Under the pieces are notes generated by a model, which was given only the letters and a program-made list of their open reading frames with translations, was not told the origin of the DNA and made no database searches. Source: a virus. Taken from it: a stretch of 30,409 bases of DNA. The position numbers were made by a program, and so were the translations under genes. Position 1 is the first letter of the stretch; each line of letters opens with the position of its first letter. Positions 6,826 through 15,827 of this stretch are shown in pieces. The stretch is taken from positions 1 to 30,409 of IMG/VR virus record IMGVR_UViG_3300044675_004870; one strand, written 5' to 3'.

Positions 6826-8127
6826 TTATCCTAGTATTCTTTTAATCTTTTCATATTTCTTCTTAGCCTCTAATTCTTCCATATCTGCTAAGATACCTTC
6901 AATTGAAAAACCTCTTAGTTCTCCAGCTTTAATTCTAGCCCAAGTCTCTTTATTGTCAACTTTCATAGTTACAACCCAACTTCCTTTTGGTAAATCATAA
7001 CCATAAATAGTGTTGGCTTTGTCAGTTTCAGGATCTTCTACAATCCATGACTCAAAAATGTAGGCTCCAGCTTCGTTCTCTTCGTGATCAGTGTTAACGT
7101 CATTAGTTCTTGCCTCTTTAAAGTACTTCATGCAGATTTCTTTGATAGTTTCAGGCGAGAATCTTACGAAATACTTTTCACCATCTTCATCAATTCTTGG
7201 GATACTGATATTCGGCACCATCGCGGGACCAACTAAGATCATTTTATCCTCTTCTGCTAATTTAAACATTGAGTGGTAGTAACCTTGTTTAGGCATGTCG
7301 ATTGGTCTAACACCAGCTCTTCCCGCTGCGTCCTTAACTACTTCAATTTCGATTTGACCATTAGGCATAGTCACTAAGTATTGAACCCATCTGTGCTTAC
7401 AATTTGGACCGCCTTTAAATGACCAGATACTGTAGGTTGATGCTCCATCGATACCAAATCCACTATTAACAGCAATATCTGACATCGCTTGTACTTGTGC
7501 TTTAGTGTAGAAGTTATCTAAACCTACCATTTGTACACAGAATTCTCTAGAATTAGAACCAATTGATCCAGTATACTTGTAAAGGTAGAGCTTTTTGTCA
7601 CCTTGGTTTAAAACCTCTGATGTACTTGTACCAGATCCACCTTGTGATGCATTTGCGAAGCATTCTTTTCTAAATAGATCTGCTAAATCCTCTTCTTTTG
7701 TACCAAGTTCTTTGGCTAATGCGAGAATTGTATCAACTACGTATGCATCTGTAGTCCATGAGTAATCGATTACCTCTTCTGAGCTAGCTAAAATGGCTTT
7801 AGTAACCAACTTTTGCTTCTTATCTCCTGGATCTACGTAAGGTGCCAAACCTGCAGTGTCAATTTCCATCTTTTCTTCCCAATAAGAATAACATACTGCA
7901 GCTGCCTGATCTTCTGGTTTACCTTCGTTAATTAATACTGGTATGCAACGAGAAATAAACTCGTCCTGTGACTCGCCAGCACTTGGTTTTACGAATGAAT
8001 ATTGTTTACCAAAGTATCTAAAGTCCAACATAATTGCTGGCTCTTCTACTAAGGATACTTTCTTTACACCAGTAGCTTCATCTTCTGAGAGGATGCCAAG
8101 GTCAATGATTTTTTTATCTCTTTCCAT
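6826..8127 (-). CDS. Head morphogenesis (Mu F / SPP1 gp7-like) domain fused to an XkdF-like prohead protease domain
   Basis: 433 aa. The middle carries ...SREFCVQMVGLDNFY...GGPNCKHRW (MuF-like C...C / GGxNC[KR]H motif). The C-terminus ...VNTDHEENEAGAYIFESWIVEDPE...LPKGSWVVTMKVDNKETWARIKAGELRGFSIEG matches my recollection of the XkdF (Peptidase_S78_2) pattern. Confidence 0.6.
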   Translation of the reverse strand: MERDKKIIDLGILSEDEATGVKKVSLVEEPAIMLDFRYFGKQYSFVKPSAGESQDEFISRCIPVLINEGKPEDQAAAVCYSYWEEKMEIDTAGLAPYVDPGDKKQKLVTKAILASSEEVIDYSWTTDAYVVDTILALAKELGTKEEDLADLFRKECFANASQGGSGTSTSEVLNQGDKKLYLYKYTGSIGSNSREFCVQMVGLDNFYTKAQVQAMSDIAVNSGFGIDGASTYSIWSFKGGPNCKHRWVQYLVTMPNGQIEIEVVKDAAGRAGVRPIDMPKQGYYHSMFKLAEEDKMILVGPAMVPNISIPRIDEDGEKYFVRFSPETIKEICMKYFKEARTNDVNTDHEENEAGAYIFESWIVEDPETDKANTIYGYDLPKGSWVVTMKVDNKETWARIKAGELRGFSIEGILADMEELEAKKKYEKIKRILG

Positions 8128-8135
8128 TGTCTTAT

Positions 8136-8639
8136 TTATTTGATATCGCCATTGCTGAAGTCATCTAAGTTAAACTCCTTCAATTCGCTTTTAATGTCTT
8201 TGCCTCTAGCCACTAGTCTTTTGAATGCATGCCAGAGTCCATACTTTTTCACCATTCTATAATTCTCATCGATAGAAAAGACCTCGATCGAAGCTAGAAC
8301 GAGCGCTACAACTTTAGTTAGTAACCACTCGATGCTAAAGAAACGAAATAAGATGTCTCCAAGAATGAATTTGTCAATTAAAAAGAACATAATAATGGTT
8401 CCTTCGTACAAGAACATCTTAGAAATGATCTTACTTAGACCTCTTGACGTGATTTTTTCGCCTAATTTTTTAGCTTTCCATACGCCAACAATAGTGTCAG
8501 CAATAATTAAGAAGCCCACGGTAAACATAATACCTTGAATGGGTGCAAATAGAGCGCTTAAAATGGCTATAAGTTTCATAGAGTTTTCTTGTAGAGCAGC
8601 TTGCAAACATGCAACTTGTTCCATTAGTTCTTTTTTCAT
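8136..8639 (-). CDS. Holin-like membrane protein (Phage_holin_4_1-like)
   Basis: 167 aa with several hydrophobic helices. Carries ...LIIADTIVGVWKAKKLGEKITSRGLSKIISK... and ...SIEVFSIDEN..., which resemble that holin family. Confidence 0.5.
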   Translation of the reverse strand: MKKELMEQVACLQAALQENSMKLIAILSALFAPIQGIMFTVGFLIIADTIVGVWKAKKLGEKITSRGLSKIISKMFLYEGTIIMFFLIDKFILGDILFRFFSIEWLLTKVVALVLASIEVFSIDENYRMVKKYGLWHAFKRLVARGKDIKSELKEFNLDDFSNGDIK

Positions 8640-8640
8640 G

Positions 8641-11037
8641 TTAGATACGTGCTATGTCGTTGATGCGCTTATCAGCTTCTTGTTGACTCGTCATTTCACT
8701 TGCAACAACGTATGTTTTTATGATAGGAGCTTGACCTTCTGTACCAGGTATAGCTGATCCACCTCCCATTTGGTTTATTGTTGATATGATACCACCGAAC
8801 ATTTCAGTAGATCTTGCGTTAATTACTGATTCACCAGCAGATAACATCGCTGGAATTGAGTCTGAAGTACCAGATCCAGGTCCAACAACTAGACCACCCA
8901 TTGCAAATTTGCTAGGTCCACCAGCTGCACCGCCTCCACCTCCACCAGCATTTGGTTTTGGTACTTGTACACCAGCGATCTTAGCAATACTAGCTAAACC
9001 TGATGCCACAGCTACACCCGCAGCGATTGGTGCTAAAACAGGACCAACAACTGGAATACCAACTGTAGAAGCATAAGCTGATGTGGCTGATTGGTATGTG
9101 GTAATACTAGTTTCAGCAATCTTTAATGCCTTATACGCTAAAGTGTTTTCACCAAATAAACTAGCAGCTGCACTTAATGTACCTGCTGTTGCAGATAACT
9201 GTGCGTTAAGTACTGCATCGTTGATGGCTTTTTTGGAATCAGCAGCTTGTCTTTCAATCTCAACTCTTGCTGCGGCAGCATCTTCTTCTGACAATTTAAG
9301 GTCTTCGATCTGCTTTAACTTAGCCTCTTTTTCCAATTCTACAGTCATTAACTGCTTTTGGAAACCTTCTTCAACTAATGAGAACTTAAAATCAGCAATA
9401 CCTTGAGCATTTTCTTTCTCAATGGCTGCTACCTTTTCGTTGTTAATCTTAGTAACTGCTTCAATTAACTTGGCTTTTTGCTCCTCGGTCAACTGTCTTT
9501 GGTTGATCTCAGCAATTTGGTTAGCCAGTTGGATCTCTAGTTCCTTCTTTCCTCGATCAATCTCGTTCTCGATCGAAGCGAGAGTGTACTCGTCTTTTAA
9601 TGCTAATAGATTTGCTTGATACTCCTTCTCTTTTTCAGCTCTCGCCTTAGCTTGTTCGTCTAAAAGTTTCTGAGTATCTTGTGCTTGCTTCTCGTCAAGA
9701 GCTTTTTGTTGAGCGACAAGAGTTTCTCTAAGTGCTTTTTCCTCTTTAGTTAAGTTCTTTTTCTTGTCAAGAGCATCAATTTGTACTTGAATAGATTTAT
9801 CAGCAGTTTCTTGTTGAATTCTGAGCTCTTCCTGCGCTCTCTTTTCTTGGTCCTTAATACTATCAAGATAAAAAGAGTTTTCTAAGTCCTTGATCTTCTG
9901 AAGTGCATCTTTTTGGGCTTCTAATGCTTTCTCTCTTCTCTCTTTTGCTTTATCAGCAGCAGCTTTTGCAGCGTCTTTAGCTTTTGAAGCAGCATCTTCT
10001 TGTGCCTTTTTAGCATCATCAGCTTTTTTCTTTTCGAATTCAGCTTGTGCAACTCTAGCATCGTTATTAAGATCTTTAACAGCTTCTTGTAATTCTACGA
10101 GTTTCTTCTTTTGCTCGTCACTTAGTTCACCATCGATCTTTTGTAGTTTCAATAAAGCATTGATGGCTTCTTGTTTAGATGCTACCTCTTCTTTATTGAT
10201 CTTTTTCTTTTGTTCTAGTAATTGCTCTTCTGTAGCACCTTGTGCTTGCATTAAGGCTAATCTACGTTTAGATTCAGCTATTTGTTTGTTAGCAGCAGAA
10301 CCTACATCGTCTAATGATTCGATAGTTTTATCTGCATTGTCTCTGGTCTTAGCAGTACTTGCATCATCGATCAAACCACCAGTCAAGAACGAAGCCACAT
10401 TACGCATTGTATCTAGTACAGTGTTAATGGCGTCATTTAAGAAATCAAATTGAGCAATAAATTTCTTGATTGGGTTGATTGCCATGGCAATACCAACTAC
10501 CAATAAACCTAAAGCAGTAACAATTAGACCAATCGGGTTGGCAGTAAGTGTGATGTTTAATGCTTTGTTGATACCATTTAGGATTGCGGTACCAGCTGCT
10601 GCGGCTTTCTCTAAGATGATTCTTCTCTCTAACTGAGTATTGATCAATCCATCTTTGATTGCGCGCACAGACATCACGACAGCAATTGCTTGTTGTGCCT
10701 TTGCTTCTATCTTGGCTAAGTTTTCTGACTCTTTACCAAACAACGTAGTAGCTTGTGAAGCCAATGCAAAGGATCCACTAACCAAGTCAGCAGCACCAGC
10801 GATGGTTTGTAGTTGCTTTTCAGCACCTTTACCTTCGAAAGCTTTGTCTAAGTCTTCTTTAGCTGATCTAGCCTTAACTAATTGATCTTGAAGTTGTTTG
10901 AATTCTTGAGTACCAAACTGCGCCGACTTTAACGACTCTTCTAAACTCTGAATCGATGCATCTAAGTCATTGATGGAGCTGATTGTTTTATCAACTCCAT
11001 CAACTTTTAGTGAAAATGCTATTTCTTTATTTGCCAC
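8641..11037 (-). CDS. Tape-measure-like protein
   Basis: 798 aa (GTG start in the track). Long coiled-coil K/E/A/Q-rich regions, hydrophobic segments (LTANPIGLIVTALGLLVVGIAMAI), a Gly run, and the C-terminal motif GSGTSDSIPAMLSAGESVINA seen in tape-measure and internal virion proteins. Confidence 0.65.
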   Translation of the reverse strand: MANKEIAFSLKVDGVDKTISSINDLDASIQSLEESLKSAQFGTQEFKQLQDQLVKARSAKEDLDKAFEGKGAEKQLQTIAGAADLVSGSFALASQATTLFGKESENLAKIEAKAQQAIAVVMSVRAIKDGLINTQLERRIILEKAAAAGTAILNGINKALNITLTANPIGLIVTALGLLVVGIAMAINPIKKFIAQFDFLNDAINTVLDTMRNVASFLTGGLIDDASTAKTRDNADKTIESLDDVGSAANKQIAESKRRLALMQAQGATEEQLLEQKKKINKEEVASKQEAINALLKLQKIDGELSDEQKKKLVELQEAVKDLNNDARVAQAEFEKKKADDAKKAQEDAASKAKDAAKAAADKAKERREKALEAQKDALQKIKDLENSFYLDSIKDQEKRAQEELRIQQETADKSIQVQIDALDKKKNLTKEEKALRETLVAQQKALDEKQAQDTQKLLDEQAKARAEKEKEYQANLLALKDEYTLASIENEIDRGKKELEIQLANQIAEINQRQLTEEQKAKLIEAVTKINNEKVAAIEKENAQGIADFKFSLVEEGFQKQLMTVELEKEAKLKQIEDLKLSEEDAAAARVEIERQAADSKKAINDAVLNAQLSATAGTLSAAASLFGENTLAYKALKIAETSITTYQSATSAYASTVGIPVVGPVLAPIAAGVAVASGLASIAKIAGVQVPKPNAGGGGGGAAGGPSKFAMGGLVVGPGSGTSDSIPAMLSAGESVINARSTEMFGGIISTINQMGGGSAIPGTEGQAPIIKTYVVASEMTSQQEADKRINDIARI

Positions 11038-11048
11038 GGTCTCGTTGT

Positions 11049-11089
11049 GTTTTTCTATTCTTAAATATTTCTAAAGTGACTATTGAACT
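11049..11089 (-). promoter_or_regulatory. Promoter-like motif copy P4 (AGTTCA-N14-AATATTTAAGAATAGAAAAAC)
   Basis: aaatatt at 11063-11069 and tgaact at 11084-11089, which overlaps the stop of the 1579-aa gene. It lies 26 nt upstream of the tape-measure start. Confidence 0.45.
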
Positions 11090-14000
11090 AGTTTGTTGTT
11101 ATGTTAACTACACTTCCATTAGTATTACTTGATGTCAATAGGATTCTTTTTGTAAAATTAGTATCTCCATCACCATTAATTGCTGACATTTTAACTATAG
11201 CACCAATTGCATATGCGGGGAAACCATAGAAAGCATTTGGTTGATAAAATCCGTAGTAATACAGTACATCACCTTTTATAACCATTGAACCTGCAGCACT
11301 ATAAGAAGCATTTGGATTAAATCTAGCTTCATCGAACTCTATAATTCTATCACCATTAGGATCCAATTTTGCAATACCTCTATATTGTACACCATTAATA
11401 GATGCTGTATTAAATGTTTGTACATATAAATTATCAAATGCATCTACTGCTAAAGTTACATTAGTTATAGTAGGTGGATCTACAAAAACAAATGATCTAA
11501 TATAAGTTCCATCCATTAAACCAGTTTCTAAGAATCTTCTGATTCTGTAATTACCTGATTCTAATGTTAATGAGTAGATTCTGTTTTGAGAATCCATTAC
11601 TAAATTAGATCTCTTATCAAAACTTTGATAACTTAATTCTACAGTACCACTTGCATTCATTACAACAACGGGAACTGTATAGTTAACACCTTTCCATCTT
11701 TGTAAATTGTTTAAGTAGATTTTTCCATCTCTTATTGCAATAATTATAGGTGCAGCAGTATTTGATTGTGTTCCTGTACCAACTACAAAGCTATTATCTC
11801 TAGTACCATCATTAAATAGGCAAATTACACCCCATGCATCAGTACTATTATAAGTTCTAAATGATCCAGTAACTATGATTCTATTATCGTCTAAAGCAGC
11901 GATACCACTTACTAAAGGTTGATTAGTTGTTCCACTTGTAAATCCAGTACCAGCATTAAATGTTGGATCAATGTTACCATAAAAATCTAATTTAACAATA
12001 CCATTTACAGGTACACCTTTATAGTGAGTAAAGTTACCAACTACATAAAGGCCATTATCATGAATAAGAGTTTTGCTACTAATATTTTGAGTAGATCCAG
12101 TTCTGCTAAAACCAATTCCAACATCAAAGGCACTTAATTTTTCACCAGTATCACCATTAATAGCTATGATACCATTAGAACTAATACCATCATAAGATGC
12201 AAAGTTACCGTTTACATAGACTACTTCGCCACATGGAGGACAAACACCACAGTTAAAGAAACTTAAGTTACCTAAAGTGTCTACGTAGTATGTGTTTCCA
12301 GATCTGTCTTTATAATAACCTGGTAAAACCATTGTAGTACCTTCTGCATCTCCAAAAACTACAGTTGAGGTAGCCATAGTTTCGGTATTGCCGTAAATTG
12401 TGATTGGTGTACCATCAGTATCGCAACAAACTGTACAACCAGAAGCTTCATTGCCAAAATATTCAGCATCTAATGGGTAGTAAATGTCTGCACCGCACTC
12501 ACCTCTTTCAACAATGGTAATTTTACCAAAGATAGGAATAACTGAATACTGACAAGCACATACTAAATAACTAGTTGATGGTGCAATATCCATGTACATT
12601 ACTTCTTCAGTGTCACAATCAATATAACTAATAGCACCACCTGTAAGTGAAGAGATTTCGTAATCATAACACTCACAAGGAACTGGAGGTCCAGCGCACT
12701 CTTCACATGTTTCGTATACGTTATCTACTGGCTCACCAGGTGTTGTCCCTTCTTCGATAATTACCCAACACTGATTACTATAAGATAAAGAGTCAACAAC
12801 ATCTCCAATGTTAAGTGGTGTAGGCGAAGTAAATCTAGCCAAAAGAGTAGGTTCTTCACAGTTTTCACCAACATAGTGGTAATCACAAGAACATCCAGTA
12901 CATGTAGCAGTTGATATTACATCACCATCTGCGTCTGTGATTAAAACATCATTTGATCCAATTTGTTTCCAATATGCTGCGCCACCTCTAGTCAAAGGTA
13001 CGTTGTCAATATAGATTACAGTTGAATCACCAAATGCTACTGTATCTGAGTACACAGTTTGTTCTAATGTCTCACAACATACGTCACAAAGAGCAAACTC
13101 AGTAGATTTGAATACAACTTGGTGTGGATATACGATAATTGGGTTACAGTTACAAAAAGATCCTACACCAATTGCCCATGTAACACCATTGATTACGTTT
13201 ACACTGTAAGGAGATCCAGTTTGTGCATACCAACCATTAGCTGGAATTGTACCAGCAGAATCTAAATATACATTGGCACTTGAAGCCAAATCTGTAGAAC
13301 TTGTACCCCAAACAGTAATGCTTGCACCTTCGCAACAGTAAGCTTCGCATGAAGTAGTACCAACACAAACAGTATAAGGATACAAATCTGGTGGGTTACA
13401 GTTACAAATAGGGTTTAAATATTGTATAATAACACCATTGACGGTTTGTACAGTTGTAGTACCATCAGAATAATAGCCATCTGGTGCAGGTATACTTCCT
13501 AATGCATCGTTATAAATTACTGTTGAATTTGCAAATAAAATATCGTTAGTGAAGTATTGACCAACTTGGAAAGTACAACAATAAGCTTCGCATGCTGTAT
13601 TTCCAAAACAAAGTTCTTTTTGCTTATAAACAGTGGTGTTTGGTGGAATAACCAAACCAATGTTACCACCAACTTTGACTAGTTCGACTCTACAGTTTGT
13701 CTCTGAGCCAATAACGTAATCAGTTACTTTGTTTACTAAGTACCACGCATCTTTAACGAAAATGTAGTCATTAAATTTAAGTTCTAAAATGTCTTGGTAG
13801 CTCAATATAAAGTTGGCTTCAACAATTCTAGAGAATGGATCGAACATTGTGTCATACCAAGTCTTCCAGAATACGTTAAAACAACTATAATTACTTATGT
13901 TTTTAGATAAACCTGAAGTTTCAGTATCATAAAGAGGCAATTCATTCTCCCAATTTAGATCAAATGTAGATACACTTACAGGCCATGTAGAAAACTGACT

Positions 14001-15827
14001 CATCAAAGGATAAGAATTCTTCGATACGGGTACTGAACCCGTTTGTGATACTGGGTTCCAGTTACTATTAATGTACCATGTTATTGGAGAAGGTTGTAGA
14101 CCATTGTAATAAAGTAGTCTTAATTTAGGTTGAATTGGTTGACGTTCAGTATCAGTGTCTTTTGCTAAGTGTGGAATTAAGAATGCATAAGCTGCATCAC
14201 TTGGATCTGTACCACCAATTGGATACAGAGGAGTTGGAGCAAATTGATCTTGTATAACTTTGGTACCTTTAATTAATTCATTATTAGAATCTAAGTTTAA
14301 TTGACCATAAGTCTGCTTATAGTCTAGTTGATAACCATAGTTAACAAAGTCTGCATCTTCTTGGTCCTTATAGACTTGTAGTCTCTCTTGACCATAGAAT
14401 AGAGGCTTAATCTTCATATCCTTTGAGCCATCTAACATGGTAGTCCAATCTTTTTGAGTTCCTTGTAGTATCCAATCTTTCCAAGGTGTAATCTCAAAGT
14501 GTTTCTCATTGTCCTTTGAAGGTACGAATACTAAACGGAATCTATTAATGATTGAACGCATAAAGTCTATCTTACGAATGTTCGTAGGCATAAATGAGCT
14601 CATCGCAACTGTAGAAGGTACTGATGTTGTATACCAATTACAACTAAAGAATGTAATGTAAGAAGTGTTAACAGGAGCAACAGGACCGATACCTTCAACT
14701 TGTAATTTAACTACTTGTCCTAAAGTTAAAACTGCTGATAAAGATTTTGTAAATGATTGTGGTCCTTGTAATACTGCTTGTGGCGATGTTGTAGATAAAA
14801 CTGTACCTGTATTAACATCAACAATCTTAAATAGGACTGCTGTGTTTGCTGCTGGATTTGACCATACTCCTTCTACATAACCACTAACTTCAAATGTAAA
14901 AGTACCAGGTGTCTCTGCTGTGTAGTGACTAGTTGTAGGATTGTATGCATTCGCAGGATCAATGATCTCATTTGGGAATTGCATATCGACAATATATGGT
15001 ATACCAGAACCAATACCAGTACCTACATCATTAGTAGCACCAAAATCATCTGCATTAAAACTAATATCTGCACTAATTAGAGCTCTTGCCTCGTTTTCAG
15101 CAACGACAAACAAACCAGTAAATAATGGATCTGATTCAAGGAATGTAGACTCATAAGTATAACCTGTTTCATTAAAGATTGCATCCCATAATGCTTTAGC
15201 TTTAAGAGTTGGTTTAAGTTGTGGAAAGTTAATAGCCTCACTCGCTGTAGTAAAACTAGCTACGCCACCAATTGACATTGTATTGTTTCTGGGTTGTGGT
15301 ACTCCAGCTGAAGTATACAAATAACCCCATTCAATTAATGGATAAACTACGTTACCACCTAAAAGACCACCAGACCAACTATTAACCACGTTATTGTAAG
15401 TTAACGAGTGGTTATAAGCTGAAAGGTTAACCTCACTTAAGAAGCCACCACCAATTTTAGAACCAAAGTCAGATGTTTCGCCATAGAAATTGATCTCGTA
15501 TTGGACATCATCTTGCTTTTCGTTAACATAGATTGATAAGAGTCTAATGTTACCAAGAGCAAAGAAGATACCATTATCATTAATATAGGCATCTGCTTTT
15601 TTACTGGCATCAAAGTCAGTAGAGTTTACGTTGAATGCAGCTTTAAAGAATGGTCCGTTTTGACCAGTGTGTGGTACTTTAAAGGTACGAGAGAACACTG
15701 AATTGGCTGCAAGCGGGTCTTCAATGTTGGCTACTGACAAAGTCAATTTGATTGGCTCTGTAGGAAAAAGATCTAACCTTCTGTAGGTTAGATCTCCTGG
15801 TGCTTTTACAAATAATTGTACGCTCAT
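11088..15827 (-). CDS. Giant tail / host-recognition protein: N-terminal structural region, four Cys-rich modules, C-terminal seven-blade propeller-like domain
   Basis: 1579-aa ORF coupled to the upstream gene (TAATG at 15827). Repeat modules and delta-60-like blades are visible in the translation (see findings). Confidence 0.7.
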   Translation of the reverse strand: MSVQLFVKAPGDLTYRRLDLFPTEPIKLTLSVANIEDPLAANSVFSRTFKVPHTGQNGPFFKAAFNVNSTDFDASKKADAYINDNGIFFALGNIRLLSIYVNEKQDDVQYEINFYGETSDFGSKIGGGFLSEVNLSAYNHSLTYNNVVNSWSGGLLGGNVVYPLIEWGYLYTSAGVPQPRNNTMSIGGVASFTTASEAINFPQLKPTLKAKALWDAIFNETGYTYESTFLESDPLFTGLFVVAENEARALISADISFNADDFGATNDVGTGIGSGIPYIVDMQFPNEIIDPANAYNPTTSHYTAETPGTFTFEVSGYVEGVWSNPAANTAVLFKIVDVNTGTVLSTTSPQAVLQGPQSFTKSLSAVLTLGQVVKLQVEGIGPVAPVNTSYITFFSCNWYTTSVPSTVAMSSFMPTNIRKIDFMRSIINRFRLVFVPSKDNEKHFEITPWKDWILQGTQKDWTTMLDGSKDMKIKPLFYGQERLQVYKDQEDADFVNYGYQLDYKQTYGQLNLDSNNELIKGTKVIQDQFAPTPLYPIGGTDPSDAAYAFLIPHLAKDTDTERQPIQPKLRLLYYNGLQPSPITWYINSNWNPVSQTGSVPVSKNSYPLMSQFSTWPVSVSTFDLNWENELPLYDTETSGLSKNISNYSCFNVFWKTWYDTMFDPFSRIVEANFILSYQDILELKFNDYIFVKDAWYLVNKVTDYVIGSETNCRVELVKVGGNIGLVIPPNTTVYKQKELCFGNTACEAYCCTFQVGQYFTNDILFANSTVIYNDALGSIPAPDGYYSDGTTTVQTVNGVIIQYLNPICNCNPPDLYPYTVCVGTTSCEAYCCEGASITVWGTSSTDLASSANVYLDSAGTIPANGWYAQTGSPYSVNVINGVTWAIGVGSFCNCNPIIVYPHQVVFKSTEFALCDVCCETLEQTVYSDTVAFGDSTVIYIDNVPLTRGGAAYWKQIGSNDVLITDADGDVISTATCTGCSCDYHYVGENCEEPTLLARFTSPTPLNIGDVVDSLSYSNQCWVIIEEGTTPGEPVDNVYETCEECAGPPVPCECYDYEISSLTGGAISYIDCDTEEVMYMDIAPSTSYLVCACQYSVIPIFGKITIVERGECGADIYYPLDAEYFGNEASGCTVCCDTDGTPITIYGNTETMATSTVVFGDAEGTTMVLPGYYKDRSGNTYYVDTLGNLSFFNCGVCPPCGEVVYVNGNFASYDGISSNGIIAINGDTGEKLSAFDVGIGFSRTGSTQNISSKTLIHDNGLYVVGNFTHYKGVPVNGIVKLDFYGNIDPTFNAGTGFTSGTTNQPLVSGIAALDDNRIIVTGSFRTYNSTDAWGVICLFNDGTRDNSFVVGTGTQSNTAAPIIIAIRDGKIYLNNLQRWKGVNYTVPVVVMNASGTVELSYQSFDKRSNLVMDSQNRIYSLTLESGNYRIRRFLETGLMDGTYIRSFVFVDPPTITNVTLAVDAFDNLYVQTFNTASINGVQYRGIAKLDPNGDRIIEFDEARFNPNASYSAAGSMVIKGDVLYYYGFYQPNAFYGFPAYAIGAIVKMSAINGDGDTNFTKRILLTSSNTNGSVVNITTN

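Noticed and set aside
8786-10885. Several plus-strand ORFs (8786..9076, 9083..9406, 9422..9619, 10160..10453, 10640..10885) opposite the tape-measure gene
   Set aside because: They are antisense shadows of an A/K/E-rich coiled-coil gene, with low-complexity translations and no independent signals.
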